Origin: a plasmid
Direction: 5' to 3' (one strand)
Sequence record: NZ_CP067423.1
Length of the DNA stretch: 64,000 nucleotides
Under the pieces are notes generated by a model, which was not told the origin of the DNA, ran no database searches, and was given only the letters and a program-made list of their open reading frames with translations. This document shows, in pieces, positions 45,564-55,339 of this stretch (within the stretch, counting starts at the first letter, position 1; each line of letters begins with the position of its first letter). Both the position numbers and the translations under genes were made by a program.

Positions 45564-48505
45564 GCAGCCTCCTCTGTGAAGAGCGATAGCTGTTGGGGCT
45601 CATCAACCTTGTCGGAGAAGGCGAGACGACGCAGCTTCTCAAGGGCGTCGAAATCATCGGCCGCCGATTTTGCATCGCCGGTGGCAACATCGAAGCCGAC
45701 AAAGTTACGCGAGGGTGGCAGAACTTCCAGCACGGCTTCGAGAGCGGCCAGAAATTGGGAATCGCCATCGATCCCCGCATCCTTGAGAAGATCGAAAGCC
45801 GCTTCTAGGGTTCGCGTCCTGCCACGATGGGCGGCATGGTGGATCGCGTCGATCATGGCGCGCGATCCGTCGGCGGGGCCGAGTGCATTTTTGGCAGCGC
45901 GCGTGGCGCTATCCCAGAGCTTGATATCCGAGCCCTTCTTTTCGCAGACCTTGCCAATCAGTTGGCCATCGAGATCGGCGCCCACTGCACGGGCGAGCCG
46001 CAGGCCTTCATCGTAGCTAAACACCGGCGCCTTAAACGCGTCCCAGGCCAGCACAAACCACGAGGTGGTCGCATCGAGATCGCCACGTCCCTTGGTATGG
46101 GTGAGCTGGTTCAACCGCCACGTCTTGACCTCGCGACGTGCGGCATCGAGCGCGTCTTCCGGCGTCACCGCGTAGGGATCGAACTCTTCCTCGAATAGTT
46201 CGGCCTGCTTGCGGCGTCTCTTCGCCAGCGGTTCGGGTCGCGGTGTCCCGCGCTTCAGCGGCCAATGGCGCGAGAATTCTTCCAGCGCGGGCCCGAAGGA
46301 CGCGAGATAGAGATCGACGCCGGTAATCCCGGCCTTCTGGAATTCTTCAACCCGGGTGCGGACGGCCTTGGCCACCAGCGGCTCGACATCTTCCCAATAG
46401 GTCGTCTCGTCGCCCTGATCTGCCGGGCGCGGGCGGCAGACGAGGAAGATTGTGGAGTTGGCGGCGGCCTTGTCCTTGATATGGAGAGAGCCTTCGGCCT
46501 CGGTATTCACCGGCCAGGAGGCGGTGATAATGAAGCCCGCTTCGATCAATCCCTTCGTCAACGCATCCCACGCACTTGTGTCCTTGTGCGTGAACATCAC
46601 GGTCATGATGCCGTTCGGTTTCAGCACTCGCCGGCTTTCCGCGAAGATCGCGGCCATCTTTTCCTGATAGTCGCGGTTCGCGAGCGCGTCGGCGCCCTTC
46701 TGGCCTTTGAAATGGGCCTTGTTGGCGACTGCTTCGGATTGCTTGTCGGTAAGGCGTCTTGTGAAAAGCTCGGGCGCAACTAGCCCCGCGGTGCGCTTCA
46801 GCCACACATAGAAGAAGTCGGACAGCTCCGCATACATAACGTTCGCGCCATAGGGTGGGTCCATCACGACAGCATCGACTGAGCCGTCGGCAATGTGATC
46901 AAGAGAAGAGCCGGACTTTGACGAGATTACAACTTCGGCCGGCGCTACCTTTTCTCCTCCAAAGAGTGGTCCATCTTTGGACCCTGTAGGTGTCGATAGC
47001 TCTACAAGCTCCTTGATACATTTCGCGGTCTGTTCGATAGCCCAATCATAACCAACACTATCCGTGGTAATGACCATTTCGGCATACGACCATTTGAACG
47101 CAAAATCATGGCGATCAAAGGTGTTGACCATGATTTCGCGATTGCCGTGCCACCGTGTCATTCGAGAGTTGTAGTCGCGGAGTTTATCGAGGCTGAAGCT
47201 GAGATAGATGTAGGCGGCCCGGCGAACATCAGTCAGACGACCGGCGAGTCTGTCTTCCTCAACCATGTCACGAAAAATCTCGGATGCCAGTCCATGACCA
47301 AGAAGCTGGCGTGGCGAGAACATATCCCGCCAAAGCGGCATACCATACTGACGTGGTCGATCGTCATTTGTGTCCGAAGGGAATGCTTCGCTTGGGATGA
47401 CATCAAGCGCCTCCCATTCTGGAAGCTTCCTATCTATTTGGGCGGCAATATCCGCCTCGATGCTGTCTTCCGTGCGAGGAGCTCGATAACCCCTTTCCCA
47501 TCTCGGCTTGCCAAGCTTCCCAGACTTGAGCCTAGTTTCGATGCGCCGCTTGAATACGACGGTGAACAGTTGATCGCCCATTCCTTCGGCTTGTGCCTGG
47601 CGCTTGACCTCGTCGCCATCGATAACGCGGGCGCAATCTGGAAAGGGACAAGTGGCGTCGCCATCGGAAACGGTTCCAGCCGAATGCTCTGAAATGTTAG
47701 TCACGATCTCGAATGAGCAGAAGCGACCAGTGGTCCCTGGTCCAATGCCCAAATGGGGCTTCAATCGAACCCCAAGGCCGGCCCCATTCAAGCGCCAGTT
47801 CGGAGAGAGCGGTATCGTTCCCGCGCAGTACGGGCAGGAGATCGTGCGTGCCCAAATATAATTGGTCGCAACGCAGTTCTTCTCCGGCTCAGGCGGGTAT
47901 GCCGAACGAAGGAGGACCTCGCGTCGCGCGACGAATTTCTTTGAGATTTCATCAAACTCGTCCAGAAGTTTCACGCCGAAACGCTGCGGAGTTTCTACTG
48001 TCGCCTTCAGAATCGTAGCTGCTACTGGGTTGAGATCGTTGGCATACGACTTAAAGCCCATCCGACTGCTCTCGAACGGAATACTTCCGCCGCCCGCCGT
48101 CGGATCGAGGACAGATATGTTGCTTCCAATCTGCCTTCGGATTGCAGCCATTTCCGATGGAGAAGGTGAATATGAGAAAGCGCGCTTGTAAGTGTAGGCC
48201 TCGCCTTCAAATCGTTCGCCAATCCGCTTTGCCCGGTCGATCCGTCGGCGCGACGCCATTGGATCACCGTGAATGCCCAGAACATGGAGAAAGGCATCGT
48301 GGTCGGCATTGGCTGGCAACAACGAAGCCAACACGGCAGCCCGGGACGCAACCAAAGGGCGCCTCGCCCACCAGACGTGCAAGCGGTTGGGAGCAGGGAA
48401 CGGCGTCATTGGCGTGCGTTCCCGAAGACTCTCAATGCCTATTTCAGCGATCGGCAACCAACGTTCAATCAGCCGCACATCCGACATACGCTCATCTTCC
48501 ATCAT
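45560..48505 (-). CDS. DUF1156-family protein with a predicted adenine-specific DNA methyltransferase domain
   Basis: The N-terminal DUF1156 signature is LIERWLPIAEIGIESLRERT...PFPAPNRLHVWWARRP. An MTase-like DPPY motif (VVMDPPYGANVMY) and an SAM-binding-like segment (VLDPTAGGGSIPFES) are present. Confidence 0.75.
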   Translation of the reverse strand: MMEDERMSDVRLIERWLPIAEIGIESLRERTPMTPFPAPNRLHVWWARRPLVASRAAVLASLLPANADHDAFLHVLGIHGDPMASRRRIDRAKRIGERFEGEAYTYKRAFSYSPSPSEMAAIRRQIGSNISVLDPTAGGGSIPFESSRMGFKSYANDLNPVAATILKATVETPQRFGVKLLDEFDEISKKFVARREVLLRSAYPPEPEKNCVATNYIWARTISCPYCAGTIPLSPNWRLNGAGLGVRLKPHLGIGPGTTGRFCSFEIVTNISEHSAGTVSDGDATCPFPDCARVIDGDEVKRQAQAEGMGDQLFTVVFKRRIETRLKSGKLGKPRWERGYRAPRTEDSIEADIAAQIDRKLPEWEALDVIPSEAFPSDTNDDRPRQYGMPLWRDMFSPRQLLGHGLASEIFRDMVEEDRLAGRLTDVRRAAYIYLSFSLDKLRDYNSRMTRWHGNREIMVNTFDRHDFAFKWSYAEMVITTDSVGYDWAIEQTAKCIKELVELSTPTGSKDGPLFGGEKVAPAEVVISSKSGSSLDHIADGSVDAVVMDPPYGANVMYAELSDFFYVWLKRTAGLVAPELFTRRLTDKQSEAVANKAHFKGQKGADALANRDYQEKMAAIFAESRRVLKPNGIMTVMFTHKDTSAWDALTKGLIEAGFIITASWPVNTEAEGSLHIKDKAAANSTIFLVCRPRPADQGDETTYWEDVEPLVAKAVRTRVEEFQKAGITGVDLYLASFGPALEEFSRHWPLKRGTPRPEPLAKRRRKQAELFEEEFDPYAVTPEDALDAARREVKTWRLNQLTHTKGRGDLDATTSWFVLAWDAFKAPVFSYDEGLRLARAVGADLDGQLIGKVCEKKGSDIKLWDSATRAAKNALGPADGSRAMIDAIHHAAHRGRTRTLEAAFDLLKDAGIDGDSQFLAALEAVLEVLPPSRNFVGFDVATGDAKSAADDFDALEKLRRLAFSDKVDEPQQLSLFTEEAA

Positions 48506-48981
48506 TTCGCTGGGTCAGTGAGCAGGATGCGGAGCGCAGTCAGCACGCGGCGCGGATTCTTGCGGTGAACCGACATGCCGAGCCAATAGCCAGCTTCTTC
48601 CTTGCCCATTACCTCGATGCCCTCGGCGACGAGGCGCATGTTGTCGCGGTTACGCATTGGGGCGAGCGTCCGGAACAGCAGCGCGAGGCGCAGCGCGGTT
48701 TCTTCCGACAAAGCCGATCCCATGCCCTCGATCGGCAGGAGATCAAGGCGGATGCCGCTTTCCTTCAGGCGCTTGAGTACCCGGTGTTCAGCCAGTTCGA
48801 GATTACGTCCGCGAAGGCCCGCAAGGCGGATCGGAGCGGTGATCTGTGGAGTCACAATCGATGGCAGTTGCCAGACTTCAACCTCGGTATCGCCAGGGCC
48901 ATGGCGACGGGCGCGCAGTTCGTAAACGGGCTGGGTTTTCGACACCATTATGAATTCGTCCTTGCGGCGCGGCACATTCAT
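48502..48981 (-). CDS. Small protein of the DUF499/DUF1156 operon (possibly DUF3780-like)
   Basis: The protein is 159 aa. It has 4-nt coupling overlaps with both flanking genes. The domain call is tentative. Confidence 0.4.
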   Translation of the reverse strand: MNVPRRKDEFIMVSKTQPVYELRARRHGPGDTEVEVWQLPSIVTPQITAPIRLAGLRGRNLELAEHRVLKRLKESGIRLDLLPIEGMGSALSEETALRLALLFRTLAPMRNRDNMRLVAEGIEVMGKEEAGYWLGMSVHRKNPRRVLTALRILLTDPAK

Positions 48982-51900
48982 GACTTCACCTCCGCCGTTG
49001 CTTCGACATACGCAGCCGCGCTCGCAAAGCGCGTCAGCTTTTCGATGAATTTGTCCGCGGCATCCCCATCCAGCGCGAGCCCGTTTTCGAAATCAAACGA
49101 AATACTGGTTTGCAGATCGGTCTCCTTCGCCGCCCTGAACTGAGGTTCGAGGTAGTCCTTCATCGTCGACGCATCTTGCGCCACGCCGCTGAATTCGAAC
49201 TGCATCTCGCTGTCTTGCGTTGTGATGAAGCTGCCCGTGAGCTTCACCGACCGTTTTGTTCCAGCGACGGTGTTTGCGATCGGGATCAGCTTGAAGGCGT
49301 CACCATATTCGAACAGGCGGATCACCACGCGATCTACCTTTTCGAGCTTCGCGGTCTTGGCTTGTTCGATCACCTTCCGTAGTGCTTCCTTCAAGACGCC
49401 CTCGGCGGTGAACACTTTGGCATTTGCGACGGCAGCTCCATCCGGGCCACCTTGTGGTCGTTCGCCGAAGCCGACCGCCGAGCCTTCGCCCGGTGCTCCG
49501 CCGATCGGCGGGAGCGGCTCGCCCGAAATCGAAGCGCCAGTTCCGGCCGATGCGGGTTGGGCCGCCGACGCGGGCGCCGGCCGAGGCCACACGCCCTTGG
49601 TCTTGGCGAAGTCCATCGTGAAGATCGTCGTTTCTTCATCGATGTTGATCGACGGCATCGGATCGCCTTGCCCGGCCAGGAGATCGCCGCGCTTGTAGAC
49701 ATAGACGCCTTCCTCGATGCCCTTTCGGACCGCCTTGCGGAACACGTCATCCGACAGGAGGATCGAGAGTGAGGGGTCGCGGCGGAATTCGTCGCGAAGA
49801 TCGCGCGTCGTCATCTGCCCTTTCTTCAAGGGTGTGCGGTCGCGGATGTAGGAGGGGGAATCGGGCGAGTCGGAAGCGTCTCGAACCTTGTTCTGACTTT
49901 GCAACTGGCGAACGACCTGAAGCTGGCCTGATCCTGGGCGCTCGGAGGCATTCTGAATATCGATGACCGAATGCGCTAGCTGCACCGAGCCCGTGCCGCT
50001 CAGCGCATTGCGCGAGGGGTAGAGGATGTGGCGATAGCACTGCTGGATCGCTATAGCCGCCTCTGTCTCGGACTTCTTCTCGAGTTCGAAGACCTTAGCT
50101 TGCTGGTGCTCGGCAAGTTCCTTGACGCGCTCGGGCCGCTTAAGCTCCTGAAGGGCCAGGCGGCGCACGATCGCGCGCTTCATCTCGTTCACTTTGGTTT
50201 CGTCCGCGACGACAAAAACCAGATTGTTCCGCAGGGACCGCAGGCCGTTGCCGTCGGCGCCCTTGCGCTCAAACATGCGTCCCACGATCTCGGGCATCTC
50301 GCGAAGATCGGCGCCGATTTCCAGCGCGTCGTGAGAAAGCAGCACAAGCCGCGGCTTGCCGTCCGATACGTCGTCCGGGACATCCCATGGCCCGCCGGGG
50401 AAAGGCACGAGGTCGAAGGATTGGCCGCCGAAGATCGCCTTTGCCCTGTCCACAAGCTGGGTGCGCGCCTCACCGGGATCGATGTTCTTCTCCTCCCGAC
50501 CGATGACCTGCGTTAGGTTGGCTTCGGCGTTGAAGCGCAGCGGTGCGTTCGGCCGATCATCGAGATAGGCGGATTCCGCGCGAAATTTCGTCCTCGCATC
50601 GTCGATGAAGGAAAGGTCCGCTGCAGGGCTGAGGATCGAATAGCGCAAGTGGTCGGCTGCGACGCCCTTAAGGTCGTTGTTGAACGCGAGGGTGTGGATG
50701 AAGATTGTGCGGGCGACGTAGGTGCCATAAGGCAGCAGGCCCTTGAAGTTTTTCGCGTCCAGCTCTTGGGCCAAAGCCAGTTTCTCGGGCGGCCCAGCAA
50801 TGTCATTGAGAATCGCCGGCACAAAGGCGCCTTGCTGCAGCCGCGTCGTGAATTCCCGGCGAATGACATCCGATCCCAGATCGACGTGATGCAGGTGGAT
50901 CGCGGACGCATCGGAAGGACGGCTTGCCCAGACGGTCGCAACGGTCTTTGCCAGAATGCGCAGCATTCCACGCACGCGTTGAAAGCCGCCGAGCGTGGCC
51001 GTTTTCCCGGTGAGCGTATCCAGAACGTCCGGGTGAAAGGGATAGGTCTGCGCGAATTCTGCGCTGGTGGTCGAGCGCCTGGCTTCTTCCGATAAAATGT
51101 CGCGATGGATGCTCCAAAGTTCGCGATAACCGTTGATCACTTCCGTCGCGCGGGAATCGTCAATCGACGCAAACAAGCGGCGTCGGATGACCTTTGCGGT
51201 TTCATCATCCCGTGTCGGATTGAGGTTGGTCGCCTTCCGGCCGGAGACGCTTTCGAGTTCCGACATGGCGCTGGCGAGGAATTCGTTCTCGTCGGCGAAG
51301 GCGTCCACGCCCTTGCCGTCGGATCGAACCGCAAGGGTATACACGATTGCCGCGTGCGGGGTGCTCTCGATCGCGGTCAGCAGCGCCTTGAGGAAGGCGG
51401 TCAGTTGATCGCGCCCACCCATGCCTTGAACTCGCCGAAGGTACTCGCCCAGCTCATCGAGAACGACGAGCACTGGATCGGAACCGAATAGTTCCTTTAT
51501 GGTGTCGGCACCCGGAGCAATTCGCTGCTCGTCTGATCGGCGCACGATCTCGTATCCAGCCTTCCCAGCCAGCTGGTAGGCGATCTCGCCCCAAGGCGTG
51601 TGGGCGCGGATTCCCTCGCCCATCGGCCGACCGTTCGCCGGATCGGCATTCTCGCCATCGAAGGCTGCAACGCGGACGGCCTGGGTTGGCACGAGGGTTG
51701 GATCGAGGAATTCCGCGGTATTCGAGACACCCTGCATCCCTGCTGCTGCGTGTACAAGGGCAATCAGGCCGTGCGTCTTACCGCCGCCGAACGAGGTATC
51801 GAGGCGGAAAACAGCTGACACGCTTTCCCCGCGGCCAGACAGTCGGCCACAGACGTTGACAAGAAGCTCTTTCAGCCCCTCGGTGGGATAAGTGTTCGTG

Positions 51901-52046
51901 AAGAACGTTGGAGCGTCGGTGTAGTCGCGCGAGGCGCGACCGGTCAGGACATTCGCGAGATTGGCCGCATAGTCGCTGTCAGCAATTGTTCCCTTTTCCA
52001 CGTCCTCGCGAGGCCTGCAAAGCTCAAATACATTTGGAATTGTCAT
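48978..52046 (-). CDS. DUF499-family predicted ATPase
   Basis: The N-terminal DUF499 pattern is LANVLTGRASRDYTD...FFTNTYPTEGLKELL. A P-loop-like segment is FGGGKTHGL. Length is 1022 aa. Confidence 0.75.
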   Translation of the reverse strand: MTIPNVFELCRPREDVEKGTIADSDYAANLANVLTGRASRDYTDAPTFFTNTYPTEGLKELLVNVCGRLSGRGESVSAVFRLDTSFGGGKTHGLIALVHAAAGMQGVSNTAEFLDPTLVPTQAVRVAAFDGENADPANGRPMGEGIRAHTPWGEIAYQLAGKAGYEIVRRSDEQRIAPGADTIKELFGSDPVLVVLDELGEYLRRVQGMGGRDQLTAFLKALLTAIESTPHAAIVYTLAVRSDGKGVDAFADENEFLASAMSELESVSGRKATNLNPTRDDETAKVIRRRLFASIDDSRATEVINGYRELWSIHRDILSEEARRSTTSAEFAQTYPFHPDVLDTLTGKTATLGGFQRVRGMLRILAKTVATVWASRPSDASAIHLHHVDLGSDVIRREFTTRLQQGAFVPAILNDIAGPPEKLALAQELDAKNFKGLLPYGTYVARTIFIHTLAFNNDLKGVAADHLRYSILSPAADLSFIDDARTKFRAESAYLDDRPNAPLRFNAEANLTQVIGREEKNIDPGEARTQLVDRAKAIFGGQSFDLVPFPGGPWDVPDDVSDGKPRLVLLSHDALEIGADLREMPEIVGRMFERKGADGNGLRSLRNNLVFVVADETKVNEMKRAIVRRLALQELKRPERVKELAEHQQAKVFELEKKSETEAAIAIQQCYRHILYPSRNALSGTGSVQLAHSVIDIQNASERPGSGQLQVVRQLQSQNKVRDASDSPDSPSYIRDRTPLKKGQMTTRDLRDEFRRDPSLSILLSDDVFRKAVRKGIEEGVYVYKRGDLLAGQGDPMPSINIDEETTIFTMDFAKTKGVWPRPAPASAAQPASAGTGASISGEPLPPIGGAPGEGSAVGFGERPQGGPDGAAVANAKVFTAEGVLKEALRKVIEQAKTAKLEKVDRVVIRLFEYGDAFKLIPIANTVAGTKRSVKLTGSFITTQDSEMQFEFSGVAQDASTMKDYLEPQFRAAKETDLQTSISFDFENGLALDGDAADKFIEKLTRFASAAAYVEATAEVKS

Positions 52047-52089
52047 GCCTACCCCAACCCCGATTTGACCGCCGGCTTAGACCGATCGG

Positions 52090-52314
52090 TCACCCTCCGC
52101 GAAGCTCGTTCTTCTTGAGCCAAGTCTCGATCGCTTCATTTGCGATCGCCGATGCCGTCGATTCGCGATCAACAGCAGCTTTTTTCAGATCCTTGATCAC
52201 GTCGCTGTCCAGATGAAGCAGCATTTGTCGCTTCTCTTTGATGATGGGCTTGCTAGTACGTGCCTTTATGCGACCCGTCATCCCGTTCACCGCGCTATGA
52301 TAGGAACCTATCAC
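52090..52314 (-). CDS. Ribbon-helix-helix (CopG/Arc-type) DNA-binding protein heading the DUF499 operon
   Basis: RIKARTSKPIIKEKRQMLLHLDSDVIKDLKKAAVDRESTASAIANEAIETWL is an RHH beta-strand plus two helices. An alternative start lies at 52281. Confidence 0.55.
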   Translation of the reverse strand: MIGSYHSAVNGMTGRIKARTSKPIIKEKRQMLLHLDSDVIKDLKKAAVDRESTASAIANEAIETWLKKNELRGG

Positions 52315-52429
52315 CTCAGTCTAGAGTGACGGCCTATCTAAAACAATTGTCGAATTGCTCGGGACAGCCTTGCCAATCCGTTTTCACGCTGTGTTCCACC
52401 GAAATTCCCAGCAGCATGCCTGGTGATGA

Positions 52430-53254
52430 TCAGGCGCCGTGTCGAGGATGGCCGTTCACCGCGCAACTTACCGACACAAAGAATCCTCTCAATTGGGGCT
52501 TCTGTGCCGGGCGAGCCGTCATAAGTGTGGGCTGTTTGCCGTCGATCAGTAGGGCATGGTCGCCGGAGCGGAAGCGCAGCGCGCCGTTCAGGTTGGCAAG
52601 GCCGATGAATAGCGGCCGAAAACCGTGGCCGCGTTCCGCCTGGTGTTCGTACCGCGAGATGCCGTCGGTGAGCGTCAAGCGCAGCGCTTCGCCGTGATCA
52701 TTGAGCCTAGCATAGGCCGCGTTGCTGCGCAGGCTATTCAGAACTCCGATGCCGCGATCGGATGATATGAACTCAAATTTTCCCTTTGAGGCGCGGAACG
52801 CGACGATGCCGCTCTGCGGCTCTTGCGCATGCTCGTAGATGTTGCTGTGAAGCTCGCCCATGGCGGCAGTGAGCTGGGCGGCAATGGCCTTGGGAAATCC
52901 TTCCGCCGTTGCAGCTTGCTGGGCGGCTAGACCGAAGGTCGTCCATGCGTTGATGTCGTGCGGCGTGGCGGTGCTTAGGAAGCCCGCGCGCCGCGTTTGC
53001 GGGCAGACCCACTCTCGCGTGCCGTGCCTGATGGCGTCCAGCATCGGACCAAAAAGATTTGTGGTCAGCCAGAGGGCAACGTGCGGTGCGGGAAGTAAGC
53101 CGTCGTCGGCAAGGTTCGAGAGTTCGAAGAGCGGGCCGATCTCGGACGCGGTGAGCGCGGGAATGGCGGCCTCGTTCAAGCGGCCCCGCGCGGCCGCGAA
53201 GGCCAGCCCGTCGAGCATCCTGAAATCCAATATCGCGGGCTCGGTTTCCGTCAT
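52430..53254 (-). CDS. GHKL/HATPase_c-type ATP-binding protein (anti-sigma-factor-kinase-like)
   Basis: The N-box is ELHSNIYEHAQ, G1 is SSDRGIGV and the G2-like segment is ERGHGF. Confidence 0.55.
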   Translation of the reverse strand: MTETEPAILDFRMLDGLAFAAARGRLNEAAIPALTASEIGPLFELSNLADDGLLPAPHVALWLTTNLFGPMLDAIRHGTREWVCPQTRRAGFLSTATPHDINAWTTFGLAAQQAATAEGFPKAIAAQLTAAMGELHSNIYEHAQEPQSGIVAFRASKGKFEFISSDRGIGVLNSLRSNAAYARLNDHGEALRLTLTDGISRYEHQAERGHGFRPLFIGLANLNGALRFRSGDHALLIDGKQPTLMTARPAQKPQLRGFFVSVSCAVNGHPRHGA

Positions 53255-54423
53255 CCGGCCATCGGCGCCGATTCAGCCGAACGTGAGGAGGCGATCAGAT
53301 CGCCAATCCACGCGTCGGTCGCCTGCCAGTTCGCTTCAAGCAGATGGTCGACATGGGCCCCCTGTGCTGTCGGCGCGCCTCGCCAGCCAAGGGCAGCGTT
53401 GCCCTTGGGATAGGCCTGCTGGCGCATCATCGTCTTCATGAACACTGACGTGTCGAGAACGGTGATCCCCGAAAATGCGCGGGCAATCACCGGCAGGACG
53501 TCGGTGCCTCCGCGTACGATGATGTGCAGCGGGCGGCCGACGGCCCGGGCCAATCCTGCCAGCCAAGCCGCGTGCTGCTCGCGCCGCCCGGACCAGCCGG
53601 TGCCCGTGGTGAACTCATAGGCGATATGGGTGACCTCAGGCCGGGCGGCGAGGAAGGCGATCCAGTGGGCAAAGTCTGCTTCAGTGCGCCCGTTGACATG
53701 GAGCGCGGCCGGCAGGCCCTCGCGCAAGAACTCTTCATGGACGATCGCGATGCGCTTCATCGCGTGCAAGTCGTCCCACCGCGGCCGGTCGATGAACAGG
53801 CTGTAGTTCGGCGTCGTCACCATGCCGACGCCGGCGGCGATGAGGGCTTGGATGATCGGCCGGCGGCCGGCTTCGCCGAGCCCCCACCAGCGCTCGAGCG
53901 GGCGGTCGATGTCAGTACCGGTCAGCATCACCGACGCCTGATGGCCAATGCCGAATGCCTCGCCGAGCGCGTCGCGGCTCACAAAGCGCGGTAGGCCGGT
54001 ACGCCGGTCGAACATACGGTAAAGCGGAAGCGCTACGGTCGCGGCAGTGGGCGGCATGCTGCGCGCGGTGGGGTGATAGATGACTGGGACAAGGCGGGGC
54101 AGGCCAACCGCATTGAGCAAAGGGGCGCGTGGCACGCTATAGAGGTTGAAGCCGCCGATTTCACGGTAGCGATCGGCGAAGTCAGGATGGTTGCGGCAGA
54201 CGCGGTCGCAACCTTCCGGATTGCCGCAGCAGAACTGCAGGCAGTCCATGAAGGGCGTGTTCAGCCGCAGCCCGCCGCAAATCTCCTTCTCCGGGCAGGT
54301 GGCGCAGCCGAGGGCTGCGCTCGCCACTTCGGGATCGTGCCAGAGGCGGCGCTCGCGACGCGGATTGCGCCGATGGCGGGGTGCCTGCGGCTTGACTTTA
54401 GCGGGATCGGAACGGGTCAGCAT
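53251..54423 (-). CDS. Cys-rich hypothetical protein (390 aa)
   Basis: The N-terminal cluster is CATCPEKEIC...CLQFCCGNPEGCDRVC. No family was recognised. It is coupled to its flanking genes by 4-nt and 7-nt overlaps. Confidence 0.5.
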   Translation of the reverse strand: MLTRSDPAKVKPQAPRHRRNPRRERRLWHDPEVASAALGCATCPEKEICGGLRLNTPFMDCLQFCCGNPEGCDRVCRNHPDFADRYREIGGFNLYSVPRAPLLNAVGLPRLVPVIYHPTARSMPPTAATVALPLYRMFDRRTGLPRFVSRDALGEAFGIGHQASVMLTGTDIDRPLERWWGLGEAGRRPIIQALIAAGVGMVTTPNYSLFIDRPRWDDLHAMKRIAIVHEEFLREGLPAALHVNGRTEADFAHWIAFLAARPEVTHIAYEFTTGTGWSGRREQHAAWLAGLARAVGRPLHIIVRGGTDVLPVIARAFSGITVLDTSVFMKTMMRQQAYPKGNAALGWRGAPTAQGAHVDHLLEANWQATDAWIGDLIASSRSAESAPMAG

Positions 54424-54764
54424 AGTGAGATCTCCGCGACCCCTGCGATGGGATGAACATCCAGCACCGTGCCCTTGGCTATGCCGCAGGAGGCGGCCAC
54501 GGCCAGTACGAGTTCCGGCGCGGGATTGGTGAAGCGCGCGACATCGCTCATGCCTCGTCGGGCGATCAGCGTCCCGTTCTTGTTTTCGACGGTAAGCTGG
54601 TCCCCGGTGCTGAGCCTGGCGTTGCCGATGATGTCGGCTTCCGCCGTCCTTGCGGCGCTATCGGGGACGCGTGTGAACAGGTCGGCCGTCGCGAGCTTTA
54701 CCCGTGCGCGGTCCCACGCCTTCTTGAAGCTCGGCGCCGCCTTTTCGATGAATTCAGCCCCCAT
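54417..54764 (-). CDS. Small hypothetical protein (115 aa)
   Basis: It is an operon member. No motif was recognised. Confidence 0.4.
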   Translation of the reverse strand: MGAEFIEKAAPSFKKAWDRARVKLATADLFTRVPDSAARTAEADIIGNARLSTGDQLTVENKNGTLIARRGMSDVARFTNPAPELVLAVAASCGIAKGTVLDVHPIAGVAEISLC

Positions 54765-54769
54765 GGTCT

Positions 54770-55339
54770 CTACACTCCTTCAAACAGCGGCCGATAGCGC
54801 TTGGCGCGGCCCTGGCTCGTTTCGATGACGAGGCCAAGAGATGCGAGGGAAGCCAGCCGGTTATTCCAAGCCGTCGTGTGTTTTACCCCCTCGCTCTTGC
54901 CGTACTCGCGCATCAATGCGCCGGCGTCAGTCTCGCCGTGCTCGTGAACAAGGTCGAAAGTGAGCCTTTGCTTCGGATCAAGTTCACCGAGCGGGGCGGC
55001 CATTGTTACTGCGTCCGCCTCATCCAGCGCGCACAACATCAATACATCTCCGCGGGGCATCAGCAACTCCAGCAGCTCTTCACGCACTGTATCATTGGCA
55101 TTGGCGACCACCGGATAGAATTTCGAGCGTCGCCCCCTGACAATATCGCGGAAGGCAAGAACGCTCTCGCGCAGAAAGCTAGCCGTCGCGACCTCGATGC
55201 CGGTGAAATCGAGAAAGACCGGCTCCGGGTTTGCTGGTTCGGCGGCCGACGTATTCAAAAGCTCGTTCAGCGCCGACCTGCCGTTCAGCGCCCCGGCGAG
55301 GACGTCGCTGCCACCAATGGCCAGCATGTCGATCTTCAT
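54770..55339 (-). CDS. STAS-like (DUF4325-like) domain fused to a C-terminal winged-helix domain
   Basis: The STAS-like N-terminus is PVFLDFTGIEVATASFLRESVLAFRD. The C-terminal wHTH-like segment is LASLASLGLVIETSQGRAKRYRP. The start is chosen at ATG 55339 with a GAGGAA RBS. The ORF extends to 55390. Confidence 0.5.
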   Translation of the reverse strand: MKIDMLAIGGSDVLAGALNGRSALNELLNTSAAEPANPEPVFLDFTGIEVATASFLRESVLAFRDIVRGRRSKFYPVVANANDTVREELLELLMPRGDVLMLCALDEADAVTMAAPLGELDPKQRLTFDLVHEHGETDAGALMREYGKSEGVKHTTAWNNRLASLASLGLVIETSQGRAKRYRPLFEGV

